From Protoeuglena noctilucae (lineage: Eukaryota): DNA of 64,000 nt. Positions 42,949 to 55,818 of the stretch are shown one piece after another. A program made the position numbers and the translations under genes. Location of the stretch: positions 1,240,001 through 1,304,000 of the forward strand of contig OY253670.1 in assembly GCA_958009085.1 (NCBI GenBank). The letters are read 5' to 3'. Each line of letters begins with the position of its first letter. Positions within the stretch are counted from its first letter, which is position 1. The notes beneath the pieces are model-generated. The model searched no databases and was not told where the DNA came from. It was given only the letters and a program-made list of their open reading frames with translations.

Positions 42949-44995
42949 CTAAGCCTTGCCGGTGGCTGCTTCCAGCATCGCCGCTGCCTTGTCTATGCTA
43001 AGGCGGTCCTCGGGCCGGCGACAGAGGAGGCCGCACAGCACCTGGATCAAATCTCTAGGCCAACTGAGGGTTCCAACCTCATCATCCGCCGCGCACCCGT
43101 CACTGCGCCGCGGCGACTGCCCCTCGTTTTCCGACACACCGGGCCCCGGGGCATCGCCCCCGTCAGAAACCAGGCGGGGAGACGAGCTGAGATGGCCCGC
43201 AGCTGCGATGCCCTCCTCCGCCGCTCCGCTCTCGTCGCCACAGCCTTGCCTTGAATGCCAAGCGTGCCTCTCGTCCTCACGACCCTGCTGTGGGTCCTGA
43301 AGAGAGATGGGCACACACGCGAGAGTGCCGTCCCAGCCCTCCAGAGCACGAAAGAGGGCGTCGGCGCTGGGGGACCAGACCGGCATGCAACCGAACAGGA
43401 GGAGGTGGAGAGTCACGCCCACGCACCTGCAATCACGCGACATCAGGGAGCACGTGACTTGGAAGATGCCTTGGAACAGAGCAAGCGCATTGCAAGGGGC
43501 GTTGCGGGGTTGCTTGATCTCTAGCGTCATCCTGCGTGCTGACCGCCCCTACTCTTCCCTGTGCCAGGTTGCAGTTCAGCACGTGGTGACCCCAGAAGGC
43601 ACACAGACTCACCATGCGTCGTATTTGAAGCCGTCAAAGGTCCCCCCGCGACAGCACTCGGGCGCAGTGAAGGCCGGGGTGCCAATGGACCTGTCGATCC
43701 GAGGGTCCGCTGGGTCCACCACCTGTACAGCGCCCTGCAAGCGTGCGGGCACTCAGCAAGTGCAATGGCTCTTGGACAACGATACACGGCTGCAGTTCGG
43801 CCATCGAGGCGGTCCGCAAAGCTCTGTGCGGGGCTAGTCGCCATGCATGGGGTTGAGGATGTCGGCGCCAGTGCATGCTGTTGGTCAAACACTGTGTGTT
43901 CCAGAAGCCCTCACCAGGTCCGAAACCTGGACCAATCCATCGGGCGCCAGGAGCAGATTGCTAGGCTTCACGTCCCCGTGCACGATGCCGGCGCGGTGCA
44001 GGTGCTGGATGCCCCGAAGCACGTCACGAATGCGGGTGCGCACCACCGGTGCAGGAAGGGCGGCGACGGCACGAAAGGACTCTGTGTCCACCGCCGGCGC
44101 ATCCGAGAGGACGAGCCGTCCCGTGGCCGCGTCCAGCGTGGGCGGCGGGTCGTAGGGCCCAGGCGACAGCACGTTCCCGCCGGGCAGAAGGTCCATGAGG
44201 AGGTACACTTTGGGACTCTCGGGGTCGCACACGGCCTGGTGGACGCGGACGACATTTGGGTGCCAGTCGATGCGTCCCCAGGCCAGGCACTCGCGCTGGA
44301 TGTCCGACAGGCCGGTGGCCAGGGCCCCCGTCCGCATCCGGCGCATGCGACGCTTGTGGTAGACCTTCACACAGCGGTAGGCGCCCGTGGCGAGGCACCG
44401 GTAGACGAGGAGCTTGCCGTGTGCGCCCTCGGCGAGGGGCCGCACGCGCTCGTGGCCGTTCAGGCGCTTGGCCGCGGATCCGTGCCCTGTCACGTCCGCG
44501 TCCATCGTGAAGCGCGCCCGGCATCCCGCGGGGCCCGCTCCGTCCCGTTCGAGGTCCCAATCCGTCGGACGGAAGTCGAACTGGAGCTCGGAGGCTGCGG
44601 AATGGGCGCAGACACTACGCCGGTCACGCGAGGGGGCGCAGCGCGCAGTGGGCACGCGGAGTGCATGCCGTTCTCACCTGTGGCGAATTTCTTGTGCTCG
44701 TGGGACTCCAACGACAAGTATTCATGGCTTTGTTGAGGCTCATCAGCTTGGGTCGTGCGCGTGCCCGCGGCGGAGCGGCAAATCGGGGGAGTCTGCGGGG
44801 TATCGTGAACCGCAGTGCCCGTCGCGAAGAGCTTCTATCGCAGTGAAATAATAGGCGCGATGTCATTTCGTAACATCAAGGAAACCGTTCAGTTGCACGT
44901 CTTGCCTCGACGAGCCCATCCGCGTCCACGGCAGGCACCCCAAGCACGTAGCCCTCGCCGTCGCTGCTGTCCTCGTCCGCGTCCGCCAGGGCCAT
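42949..44995 (-). CDS. Ser/Thr protein kinase, CAMKK/GRIK-like
   Basis: LAEGAHGK, CVK, HPNVVRVHQAVCDPESPKVYL, HGDVKPSNLL, spliced SDLG..GTPAFTAPE, YDAW.VGVTL, RPEDR. Start codon uncertain. Confidence 0.85.
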
Positions 44996-45279
44996 TGCAC
45001 AAGGGTTCCTTGCCCTGCGACTTTGCTGGAACAGGCTACTTTCTCCAAATGCCCCCCGCTCGCGTCGCTGCGGCCACGAAGAGGACTGGCACGCCGGACT
45101 GTTGCAAGAGAATTCGCTCGCTTCAGCTGATTGGAGCCCCTGCACCACCGACACTTCCAGAGGGATGCCATGAAATCATGGGACACTCTGTCTAGGATCC
45201 AGATGGAGCATTTTGGGCTGTTGTAGGCACCAAAGCAGCAACTCGTCGTGTTCGCGGCTGTATTCTTGCTGGAATCGCC

Positions 45280-46810
45280 ATGCCCGCCGCGTTCCTGACG
45301 CGACTTGCTCGGGCCCGGCAATTCACGCACGGCGCATGCGCTCTGGTGGACCCCGCGCTCCTGGGCCCGTTCAGCTCGGCAGGTCGTGCGTCTGGGTCGC
45401 TGGCGCCATCAGTGGGATGCGGTGCTCGTGCAAGAGAGCAGACCCACTCGTCTCCTTTCGTCGGCGGTGCCCGATGGCTCTCTTTCGGCGCGAAGCTGCC
45501 CGAGAAGGGGCGCCACAAGGAGCACTCGCATCCAGGTGCGCTGCGGGGCCGCGTCGTCGTAGGAGCTGTTGCAAAATGGCATCGTCACCGCGTGATTGCG
45601 TCATCGTGCCCGGCATCGTGCACGCAGCGCGACCGGTCGTGAAGGACGTGCATGGCGGTTCCGCCAAGGTGTGTGCGGGCATCGCATGGCCCACGCTTGG
45701 CCCCGTTCGGTTCAGCGGCTCTGCTCAATGATTGGGAGGATCCAACGGCCCGGCGGTGGCAGCGCGGGGAGCCCAGTCTGCGCCTTGATGTCCCTCGCAG
45801 GGTTTGGCGAAAGAGCGACCCAGCAAGGAGGGCCCGGTCCGGAGAACAGGAGGGCCAGCCGGGGCACCGGGGCCGCGACGGACTGCGTCGGGGAAGTATG
45901 CGGTGAACGGGGCCATCCGCGCCAACCACGTGCGGGTCGTCCGACCGGACGGGACGCACTCGGTCATGGCTTTGGCAGACGCCGTCCGCCAGGCGCGGGC
46001 GGCCGGGTCGGACCTCATGCAGGCGAGCGATGGGTGGAGGAGTCGCGGCTTGGATGGATGGATGGGTTGACAGAGATGGCAGCTGGGCCGGGCTGGGGCG
46101 TCGCGGCGAGCCTGGCCCTCCGGGCTCTGCGCTCGCAGCTCACAAGCGGCGAGCCGTACGAGGGTGGGGTGCTGGTGGTGTGCAAGCTGCTCAAGTGGGG
46201 TGAGAGGGCGGCGGTGGAGTCCCGGCCCCAGCGTCCCAGCGCCAAGCAAATGGTGGAGGTGGCGGAGGACTCCGGGGCCAAGGAGATGCGATTCACGGCC
46301 TCGATCGCGGAGCACGATCTGCAGACGAAGCTGCGGAGGGTGGTGTCGTTCCTGGAGGGCCATAAGGCGGTGAAGCTGGTCGTCAAGATGGGGAGCCGGC
46401 AGCAGGCTCAGGCGGCGGGGGGCGCAGACGACCAGGGCAAGGCGAGGCGCGGCGGGGCCGCGTGGGACGCTCGCGTGCGCGAATCCGGGCCGGGGCTGTG
46501 CGCCGACGGAGCTGCCCGAGGTGTGTGTGCGACATGGGCAGTAGCTCCACGTCATAAAGCAGTGATCGGTTTCGTCCGTGCCTCGCAGAGTCCGGCGAAG
46601 GAGGCGGAGGACACGCTGCGGGCCATCTTGGAGCGACCCGCAATTTCGGAACGGAGCCGGGTGGTGGTGCCCCCGCAGCGAGCCCGTGGGGAGTTCTTCT
46701 GCCTGATCGCGCCCAGCAGCGCGGACGACGCGGGAGCCCCCGAAAGTCCATTGGACGATGCGGGCCGCGCTGGATCTCCGCGCGAGTCTGAGCACCGTAC
46801 CACGGCCTAG
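45280..46810 (+). CDS. Organellar translation initiation factor IF-3-like protein
   Basis: VNGAIRANHVRVV..MALADAVRQARAAGSDLMQ..VVCKLL; KEMRFTASIAEHDLQTKLRRVVSFLEGHKAVKLVV. 5' exon structure and start are uncertain. Confidence 0.78.
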
Positions 46811-46893
46811 GATGGGACAGTGGGCGAGGCAGCGTGGTGCTGATGATGCACAGGTACACAGGTGCAGGTACACAGTTGAAACGCTCGACTACC

Positions 46894-47560
46894 TCAGTCC
46901 TGGATGTAATCGTAGGAACCGTCCAACAACGAGATCTCTGCCCTGCAATGAGGTCACGACGGGTCAGCCGTGAGATGCAAGGAGATGCAAGCGGCACCGA
47001 TGACCGTCGTGACGGGAGAGGCCGAGCCCACCTGGCAAACTCCCTCCCCAAATACATGGCGTGGTCGAGCTTGCTCACGCGCTTCGCCATGTCGGCCTCC
47101 AGCAGCACCTGCATCTCCTTCGCCGTGCGGGCGCGGTAGGTCGCCGTGGGCTCGCGCCGCACGCCGCCCGAGCATGGAATGGGTTTGCCGGTCTCGGGGT
47201 CGCAAGCGACGCCGTTCTTGTTGATGACGTTCGTGAAGAAGTCAGCGACGATGAGACGGTCGGATTTCTCGACGCGGATGACGAAATAGCCGGCCGGATC
47301 CAGGCTGATGTCCCGGCGACTAAACTCATCGTCCAGAGCCTTGTCCTGAGGGGCGTGGAAGCGGGCAGGAATGACAAACGAACTGTGCGACATACTGTGC
47401 GTCTCCGCTGATGAGTAAATGCCCCTCCACGCACCGCCCACGCCTCTTTTTTCCCCACGACGGCGCGGCAAGGCCGGCACGGCCGGGGCAGGCACCGTGG
47501 GCCCGGCCCAGCCAGCGCATGGCCCCGAGCTAGCGATGCAGCGTAGACGGAACACGACAT
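46894..47560 (-). CDS. DUF4346-like protein of cyanobacterial type with transit peptide, 3 exons
   Basis: DDEFSRRDISLDPAGYFVI, GVACDPETG, RTAKE, SKLDHAMYLGREFARAE..YIQD*. Confidence 0.78.
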
Positions 47561-47816
47561 GACCGAAACGGTCGCGAATCGCGACTATAAACTGACAAGC
47601 AGGGATGGCAGCGTGTCGCTTTTAGGGAGCTCTGTAACTGGCCAAGGCTTTGCTACGGAATCACAGCCACTCATGAGAGGGAGACTTGCCAGGGTTCCCT
47701 CTCGATCCCAGACGTCGTCCCAAGCTGCAACAGCTGGACCAGCAAGACCTCTGGCGCTGTGAACTTCTCTCATCGTTGCTTGAGAGCAAGACTCCTGGCA
47801 CTGTCCCCAAGACAGG

Positions 47817-50127
47817 ATGCGGGCCCCGATGCAGGGGATAGGGGCGAGCGCCAAAGCGGCGCGAGTTCGGGCGGGGTCGGGTCCCCAGCCCCGCGCCCCG
47901 GCCATCCGCCGTGCATCGTCCACCTCAGACACACATGGGAAGGAGGGAAGGGTCGAGGTGACAGGGGGGGATGCAGATGCTGCCGCGCTTGCGCGTGGCT
48001 GCCCAAACAGCCTGGATTCTCTGCCACCAGCAGGTCGCGCCGTGGCGCTTGATGAACCTGTTGGAGAGGTCGAAGGAGGACAAGAGCGTGGCCAAGTGAG
48101 ACATTCTTCCTCACCTGAGAACGTATTTGTCAAAATCAGGATGCTATGCGCGCTGCACGTGTCCCTCTCACCCCCTCTCACAGAAATCCCGATTTCGTGG
48201 GTTTGGCGGCAGCCGCGGCCCTCGCCGACCTCGCGAGCGTCGTGTCTCTTCTCGTCCCGAGCAAGAATGCGATTGTCGTGCGGCGGCGTCCTCCCCCGCC
48301 GCCGGCGCAGCCCCTGAAGGCGACGGAGGTCGTGGAGTTGGCGGTTTCGTCCGAAGCCAGCGCCGAACCGGAGCCGTCGACCTCCGGATCGGAGACCTCA
48401 GATGCTGCGGAGGCCATCGCCGCGCCAGCACCGTCGCAGGGCGCGCCGGAGGGGTCGCAGGCTGGTTATGTGCTGCGAGCAGACACACGTGTGGAGGTGG
48501 GCGTCGTGGAGCCGATCGGGACGCGCGACATAGAGCTGACCAGTCGGAAAGCGCGGCCCGTGGTCGAGCCCGCGGAAGCTAAGCCTGCGGGAGCCGAGCC
48601 CACGGGAGCCGAGCCCACGAGAGCCGAGCCTGCGGAAGCCCAGCCTGCGGGCCGCAAGGAGGAGGACGGTGGGCGTCGTGCGGGGGTTATCGCCACCGGC
48701 TCGGGTGGTGCGCTGGCACTGACCACCGACGCGGCGGACCTCACCGCCGACGACATGCGCGTGGGGCCCATGGTGAGTCGCTTGCGCTGGGAGACCGACT
48801 GAACTCGACGTGAGCCCAGCCGCTCATCTCGTGCCTCACGCCATGTCGCCTGCAGACGACGGTTGGGGCCTGCGTCATTGTGACAGCACTGGCGGGCATG
48901 ATTGATGCGGGGGTCATCGCCACGGTGGACCCTTACATGGGCATCTCCCTCCGCCTGCTCCTCCTCTCCGCGTCCGTCTGCGCCCTCCTCACGGCCATCG
49001 CCGGGCGCCTGCGCATGGAGCGCGCGGCCGGCGCCATCGCCGGTGAGCATGCAGGGGCCGCGAGCATGGTGGGCCCCGCACAGCGTGCGACTGCCGCAGA
49101 GCGTGTCGACTGCGACGGTGCTCGCAGTGGTGTGCGGCGCCACGCCCGGCCTCCTCTGGTCGTCCCTGCACCCGGTCGCGATCCTCGTGGCCCTCCCCAC
49201 GGTCCTCGCCTCTTGCCTTGGCTTTTTGGAAGACACCGTGGCAGAGACTAGGCGGGAGCGGTTCACGTGGGGCGCGCACGCCGCAGCAGCGCTGGCAGTC
49301 GCGGCGTCCGTCACCGCCGCGGCCGTGTCGCTGTCTGGGAGCCGCGCTGTCCCCGTGCAGCTGTGGGGGCCCCAGGGCAAGGTGCTGTCCCTCGGACTTG
49401 TGCCGTTCACGGCTATCTGCGGGGCCCTCTTGGCGGCGTTCACGGGGACGCTCAGGTGCGCCCGGTGCCATTACTGCTGAGTGAATGTCGCATTCTCTTG
49501 AGGGAAGCGCACCCGCACTGCTCGTGACTCGCTCGCGCACGCAGGGCGGCCGGGGGTCTCGTGGGCGTCCGACCAGGGGTGCTGTCTATGACGCTCATGG
49601 GCGCGGAGTGCGTGGTGGCCAGCGCCAACCCCTTCCTGCTGCCCCTGCTCGTTTGCCTCGCTGGCGCAGACCTGGGTGAGACACGGGGCGCGTGAAGGCG
49701 GCGGAACAGTGGGCCAGCCCCAGCATGTGCTCAGCTGAAGCGCCTGCCCTCCCTCACCGCCCCGCAGGTGTCGCTGTGGTGGGCAGCACGACCGGTGCCG
49801 TGGTGGGTCCGTCGGGGTCGCTGGCCGCTGGCGCCGCACTCGCAGCCGCCGCGATCTTCTCTGGGCTCCTGCCCTCGATGGCGGTGCTGGCGCTGGGGGT
49901 CGCGGCGCAGGCTGCCGTTGCCAGGTGCGTGATCATGTCTAGGCACGTGCATGCTCCATGCGCTCGGCGCCCAGAGATCTAAGCTTTGAGTTCTACCTCC
50001 CCTCGTGCCCTGCAGCAAATTCCGGGCGCGGGCTCCGCGCGCAGTCGCGAGACACGCCGTCTCGCTGGCGGCCGTCTACGCTGCGCTGTGCCTGGCCCGC
50101 GGCATGTGGACGCCAGTCGTGGCGTAG
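47817..50127 (+). CDS. Multi-pass membrane protein of unknown function
   Basis: Exons join in frame from MRAPMQG.. and contain several long hydrophobic segments (VGACVIVTALAG.., ISLRLLLLSASVCALL, PVAILVALPTVLA, LAAAAIFSGLLPSMAVLALG). Ends in TAG at 50127. Confidence 0.6.
48566..48651 (+). repeat. Coding 15-bp tandem repeat (about 5.5 copies, AEP[T/A][G/E] peptide)
   Basis: gagccc[a/g]cgg[g/a]agcc-type units encoding EPAEAKPAGAEPTGAEPTRAEPAEAQPAG. Confidence 0.85.
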
Positions 50128-50629
50128 GAAAGCAGGTTTAGACCGTGACCGACTTGACTTAGTCACCACTAAAAGTATTCGGAGTATTCTGTTTCGCGCT
50201 CGCTGTCCCATCGGGGACGCGGACAGGCCTGGCCTGCTGCTTGAGGCATCGACCGCGCCCTCATCCTCGCCCTGGCCCGCCTGCTCCTGATTCTTGTCCT
50301 CAATTAGCCTGTGGTGGTTTTCAACGTGACGGTGGAGCACAATAGGTCCACGCGCACGGACAGTTGTCCGATTGGGAATTGGCTGGGAAGGGAGAGCACA
50401 ATAGGTGACGGTCTTTAGAGGCATCGTGCAGCGTGAGCAGCTGACAATCCCACATCCATGCAGCGGTTCCAAGACCATTTGAGCAGACTCTAGTTTCCGG
50501 TCAAAAAAGTTCTCGACCATCCCTGCTCGCAGTTCACATGTCCGCACGAACATTGCCGGTGGAAAATTGGTGGCTGTGCGTGGGCGGATTCGCCCGCCCC
50601 TGCTGAGCGTCTGATTGACTGATTGAGAA

Positions 50630-53600
50630 ATGGAGGGACCTTTGCGCGTCATTGGTCCAGAAGACCTCGAGATAGGCGAGCTCCTGGGCTCAGGGTCACA
50701 AGGGAGTGTGTTCCGGGCAACCTGGCTGTCGTGCAAGCTCGCGGTCGCCGTGAAGCGTTTCGACGATGACTCTGGTCTCGATGGGCTGCTGGGGACCGGG
50801 AGGGAGGAAGTGGACAAGATGCGGAGGGTGGCGCAAGACAGCGCCCTCGTCGTACGGTGAGCAGGGAGCACGTCCGGCATTGCTAAGCTAGGCTTGCGGT
50901 GCCTTCGTAACCCTTCTCGTCACCGCGTTGCGCATGCAGCGTGTACGGCGTCGCCAGAGTCGACGGCCGCCTGCACATCGTGATGCAGCTGTGCGAGGGG
51001 TCCATGGCCCAGCGCCTGGCGGACTTGGGGCAGGGCCTGCCGAAGGAGGAGTTCGTGGACGTGGCCATGCGCGTGGTGGAGGGCCTGCGGGACCTGCACC
51101 GATGCGACATCCTCCACTGCGACCTGAAGCCGGAGAACATTTTGCTCGACCGAGATGGCCAGGCATTGCTGGCGGACTTCGGCCTGGCCAAGATCATGGG
51201 CCAGCGGGGGGCCGAGGCGAGTGCGCTGTTCTGACAGGGCGGATGCGCTGTCCCTGCCGACCCGTGCCGCGACTGTCGGGCCCCGCTTGTCGTGCACGCA
51301 GGGAGGTGCGGTGCGTCGGTACTTCCAGGCGCACCCCAACTACGCTGCTCCGGAGATGTGGGACGGTCTCGGGCGCATCTCTCGCGCCACGGATGTTTAC
51401 TGCGCCGCCGCCACGCTGTGCCACATTGCGTCCGGCAGGATGCCCTACGAGGGCCTCAACGTCCAGCAGATACAGCAGCACCAGCGCCTGGGCAGGTCAC
51501 CCCCGGTCCCCAACTGCGTGCCGGAGCCCCTGCGCGGCAAGCTGGCGCAGGCGCTGCGGTGCAGCCAGGAGGACCGAGTGTCGCTGGACGACCTGGTCGG
51601 GGCCGCCAAGGAGGCCAAGTGAGTAACGGTCGTGCCTGCGTGTCTGTCTGGCCAGTGTCAGTGACATCAGCTGTGGCATGTCTGACCCCCGCAGGGACAT
51701 CGTGCGGGGCCTGAAGCTGGTGGACTGCTTGGTCTGCCAGAGCAGCGTCCAGGAGGCGACCACGGCCATCTGCAGCGCGGGCAGGCACCGCCTCTGCGGG
51801 GCGTGCCTGGGGCGCGCCATCGAGCAAGCCGACGCGAAGCTGGACGAGAGCGGCCGCGTCGTCTGCGCCATGGGGTGCGCGCCGGACGAGAGCGTGTTCC
51901 GACGGGAGGACGTCATGACGAAGGCCCCCGTGGAGGCGCGCGTCACGTACCTGGACAAGGCCGGCCGGGAGCACGGCCGCCGGGCCATGGCGCAGCAGGA
52001 GGCAGAGCTGCGGCGTTTACAGGATGACCTCGACAGGCTTGTGATGGACGGGCAGGGCGGGGGCGCCCAGGCGGTGGCCACGCACACCCGGCTCATCGAG
52101 GATTTGCTTTGCGCATTCCGCTGCCCCGGGTGCCGGATCGTCTCTCAGGTCGAGGACTTTACCGAGTGCCTGGCCGTGTCGTGCGGGAGCTGCCGCGCGC
52201 ACTACTGCGCGTGGTGCCTGGAGGACTGCCAGTCCTGGGAAGGGGCGCATATGCACGTGCCAAGTGAGCATCCGAGCCTGGACTCCTACCCTTACCACCG
52301 ATCGCACGCGTCCCTGACACAGTAACCCATGCCCGCGACCACCTAACGCACACATCCCCGACACAGTAACCCCCGCCTCTTCCTTTGCGCAGGATGCCCA
52401 AAGAACCCCCGACCTGGGAGGGTGTTTGGCGAGAAGGAGGAGTTCGATGGGTACTGGCGCGCGATCAAGCGCGAGAGGGTGGTCCAGCACCTGATGGAGA
52501 TACGGCCCGACCTGCGGGAGCGCGTCTGGCGAGGCGTGTTGCCCACCATCGCCGACCTGGGCATCCAGTGGCAAGACGTGGCGCCACCCGCGAGGGATCC
52601 TGAGCCCCCGGCCGCGCCCATCGCTGACGACGACGGCCCTCCGGACGCCGTGCCGCCCGCAGCGCCCGCAGCGCCTGCAGCGCCCCCGGCTGTGCCCGGC
52701 TGGGAGGCTGTCGTTGCCAGGGCGGCTGCCAGAGGTGGCGAGGTGGACCTGCAGGGGGCCACGGTGACACTGCGGGCGGCCCTTTCGGTGAAGGGAGTGC
52801 GCCTGGTGGTCCGCAACGGGCAGATCAAGGCGGAGGGTGCCGCGGTGGGTGGGGTGTACGTGGTGCAGGCGCTGGCCGGAGGGGTGGTGGAGCTACGGGA
52901 TCTTCGGCTGAGGGGCGGGGTGCTGTGCGCCGAGGGTGGGAGGGTGGCAATAGCGGCGTGCATGGTAGAGGACTCGCCGAGGTGTGGCGTGCGTGTCACG
53001 GGTCGGGGCAGCGAGGCGACGGTGGACGCGGGTGTCGTCACCGGTGCCGCTGCGGACGGCGTCGAGGTTTCCCACGGGGCCCACGTGCAGCTCAATGGGA
53101 CACAGGTGGTGGAGGCCCGGCGATGCGGGGTCCTTTGCGTCGGGGAGGGCAGCAAGGCGGTGCTTGAGAACTGCCGCGTGGAGTTGGCCATGAAGGGCGA
53201 CGGCGTGGCGTGCTCCCTCGGCGGGTGCGCGGAGCTGCGGGACACGCACGTGGACAAGTGCATGGGATGCGGGGTGCACGTGGCCGGGCCCGGGAGCAGG
53301 GTGACGATGGAGCGGGGGAGCGTCGCGGGGTCCAAGGACTGGCACGGCGTGTGCTGCGAGCTCGCTGGCAGCGCCCAGCTCACCGACGTCGCCGTTACCG
53401 GGTGCCGCGGGGCCGGTGTCGCTATTGTGGGTCCCTCCGGGGCCCTACCCCAGGGCCGCGCCGTGGCTCCCACTCTGAGCGGCCCCCGTCGCTTTCTGAC
53501 CGAGGACAGCGCTGCGGAGCCCACGGCGCAGGCCTACCAGCAGCTGCGCGACCAGCTGAGGGCCAGCGAAGTGCCTCTCGTGACGGTCCAGGGCGGGGCG

Positions 53601-55757
53601 ATTGAGGGCCACGCGGGGAGCGGGGTGCGGGTGGAGATGAGCGGCCGGGCCAAAGTCGAGGCCCTGGAGATCAGGGGGTGTGCGGAGGCGGGGGCGACGT
53701 GCACGTCGGGGGGCGTCCTGGAGATGACTGGGGTGCAAGTCCATGGGGTGCTGCCACCCGAGGGAGGAGAGGGGCAGGGAGACGGGCTGGTGTGCGACGG
53801 GGGCGTCGTGAGGTTCCGTGGGGTCCCCGAGCAGAGGAGTTTGGTGGCTGGGGTGCAGAGGGGCGTGCTGTGTCAGCGGGGCGGGCGGGTGAAGTTGGCT
53901 CACTTTCGCATCGACCAGTGCGCTTCGCATGGGGTGCAGTGCCAGGGCTCCCAGAGCGCCGTGAAGGCGGAAGACGGGGCTGTACAGCACATCGGGGGTC
54001 ACGAGGGCACTGGCATCTCCGCAGAGGGCGGGGGGCAGGTGCACGCCGTTCGGGTCGAGATCTCCAGCATCGCGGCGCATGGCGCGAGGTGCTCCGCTAA
54101 GGGTGTTCTGACACTCGAGGACGTGATGGTGCAAGACGTCCTGGGTGGCACTGGCGTTCAGTGTGACCGCCAGGGCAAGGCGACCTTGCGACGGTGCACT
54201 GTGCGAGGGTGCGATCAGTTTGGGGTGCTGTGCGTGGGCAAGTCGAGCAAGGCGGTCGTCCACAGCGGGTCCATTGGCGACGTCCAGACGGGCGTTGGCT
54301 GCCAGGAGGGTGGCTGTGCGGAGATGCACGTCCCGGCCATTGAGGGGTGCAGGGAGCAAGGACTGCGCTGCCACGGCCCAGGCAGCGCCGTCGCTGTCAA
54401 AGGGGGCTCCGTCAGAGATACCGGGGGCGGTGTCATGGCTGGCGCAGGGGTTGATGGGGGGTGTGGCGTGCGCTGCGAGGCTGGTGGGGAGGCTAAGCTG
54501 GAGCGCATGACTGTGGAGCGGTCGCGGGGACCAGGCGTGGCGTCGACGGGCAGGGGCAGCCGAGTGACGCTGTCGGGAGCGCAGGTGCAGGGGTCGGGCC
54601 AGTGCGGCCTGCTCTGCGCCGACGGTGCGGTGATAGCCGCAGCTGGCACGGCCATCTCGCAAAGCGCCCGGTGCGGCGTCAGCTGCGGTGGGGAGGGCAG
54701 TGCGGTGGAGTTGCAGTCGGGGTGCCTTGTCAAGGCGTCGGGGTGGCACGGTGTGGAGTGCGTGGGCGGGGCCCGACTGGAGGTGGCGGCCACGCAGATT
54801 GAGGGTGCGCAGCAGTGCGGGGTGTTCTGCCAGGGCGCGGGCAGTCGCTTTAAGATGGAAGGCGGGGCCATCACGGGCGTGGCGGAGCTGCACGCGGTGT
54901 GGGTGCAGGGCGGCGGCATGGTGAGAATAAAGGAGGTGACCGTCAGTCGCTTTGCCCACCAAGGGGTGGCATGCTCTGGCGCAAAAAGTGAGGCGTACGT
55001 CGTGGGCGGCAGCATCGACGGCTCGGAGAGGGGTCAGTATGGGGTCGTTGGCACCGGTGGTGGCCTTGTGGTGGTGAAAAGGACACGGGTAGTGGGGTGT
55101 GCGGAGGGCGGGATCCTCTGCGAGCGTGCTGGGACCCGGGGGAGGGTGCGGGAGGTGGTGGTGTCAGGTACCCAGAAGCTCTACGGGGTGTGTTGCCAGG
55201 AAGTGGCAGAGATGGAGGTTGATAAAACGGAGGTCAGGGGGTGTGTGGAAGGCAGCGGGCTCGCGTGTTTCACGGGCGCCACGCTGGTCGTTCATCGCAG
55301 CAACGTCGCCGACTGCCGAGCCGGGAACGGCTTGTGCTGCACGACCGGCGCCAGCGCGACCCTCACCGAGTGTCGCATCTGGCGATGTGGCCAGTCGGGG
55401 GTCGTGTGCTGCGGGGAGGGGAGCCGCGTGGCTGTTTGCAGTGGCGTGGTGGAGGAATGCGGCCAGCACGGCTTGGCGTGCTCGGAGGCGGGTGCGATTG
55501 AGGCGCTGGGCACGCAGGTGAAGGGGTGCGGCGGCCGGGGCCTGTCCACCGACACTCCCAAATCTCTGCGGCACAAGGGCGTGTGTGTTACGAGTTGCAG
55601 TGGTCAGGAGGACATGGGGCAGCCGCTGAGCCCCGCTGCTGCGCTGCTCGTCGCTCTCGTTGCTCTGGCGGTCAGGCTGGCATGCGGGGCGGCCCGCGTT
55701 ACGGCTGTGGCCGATGCCGAGGGCAGCGGATGGACGTGGCTGCCGCCGAATGCCTAG
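50630..55757 (+). CDS. Protein kinase + RING + IBR/Rcat-like zinc-binding + right-handed parallel beta-helix fusion protein, 5 exons
   Basis: Exons about 50630-50856, 50940-51216, 51302-51618, 51694-52263 and 52393-55757. Kinase motifs [40 protein letters not shown]; then [21 protein letters not shown]; then about 1000 aa of (C)GV.C..GG..L repeats. Confidence 0.85.
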
Positions 55758-55818
55758 ATAGCGCAGACGGGATCGCGTGACGTTGAATGCACAAAACAAC
55801 GCTCCAGTTTGCAGCCGC

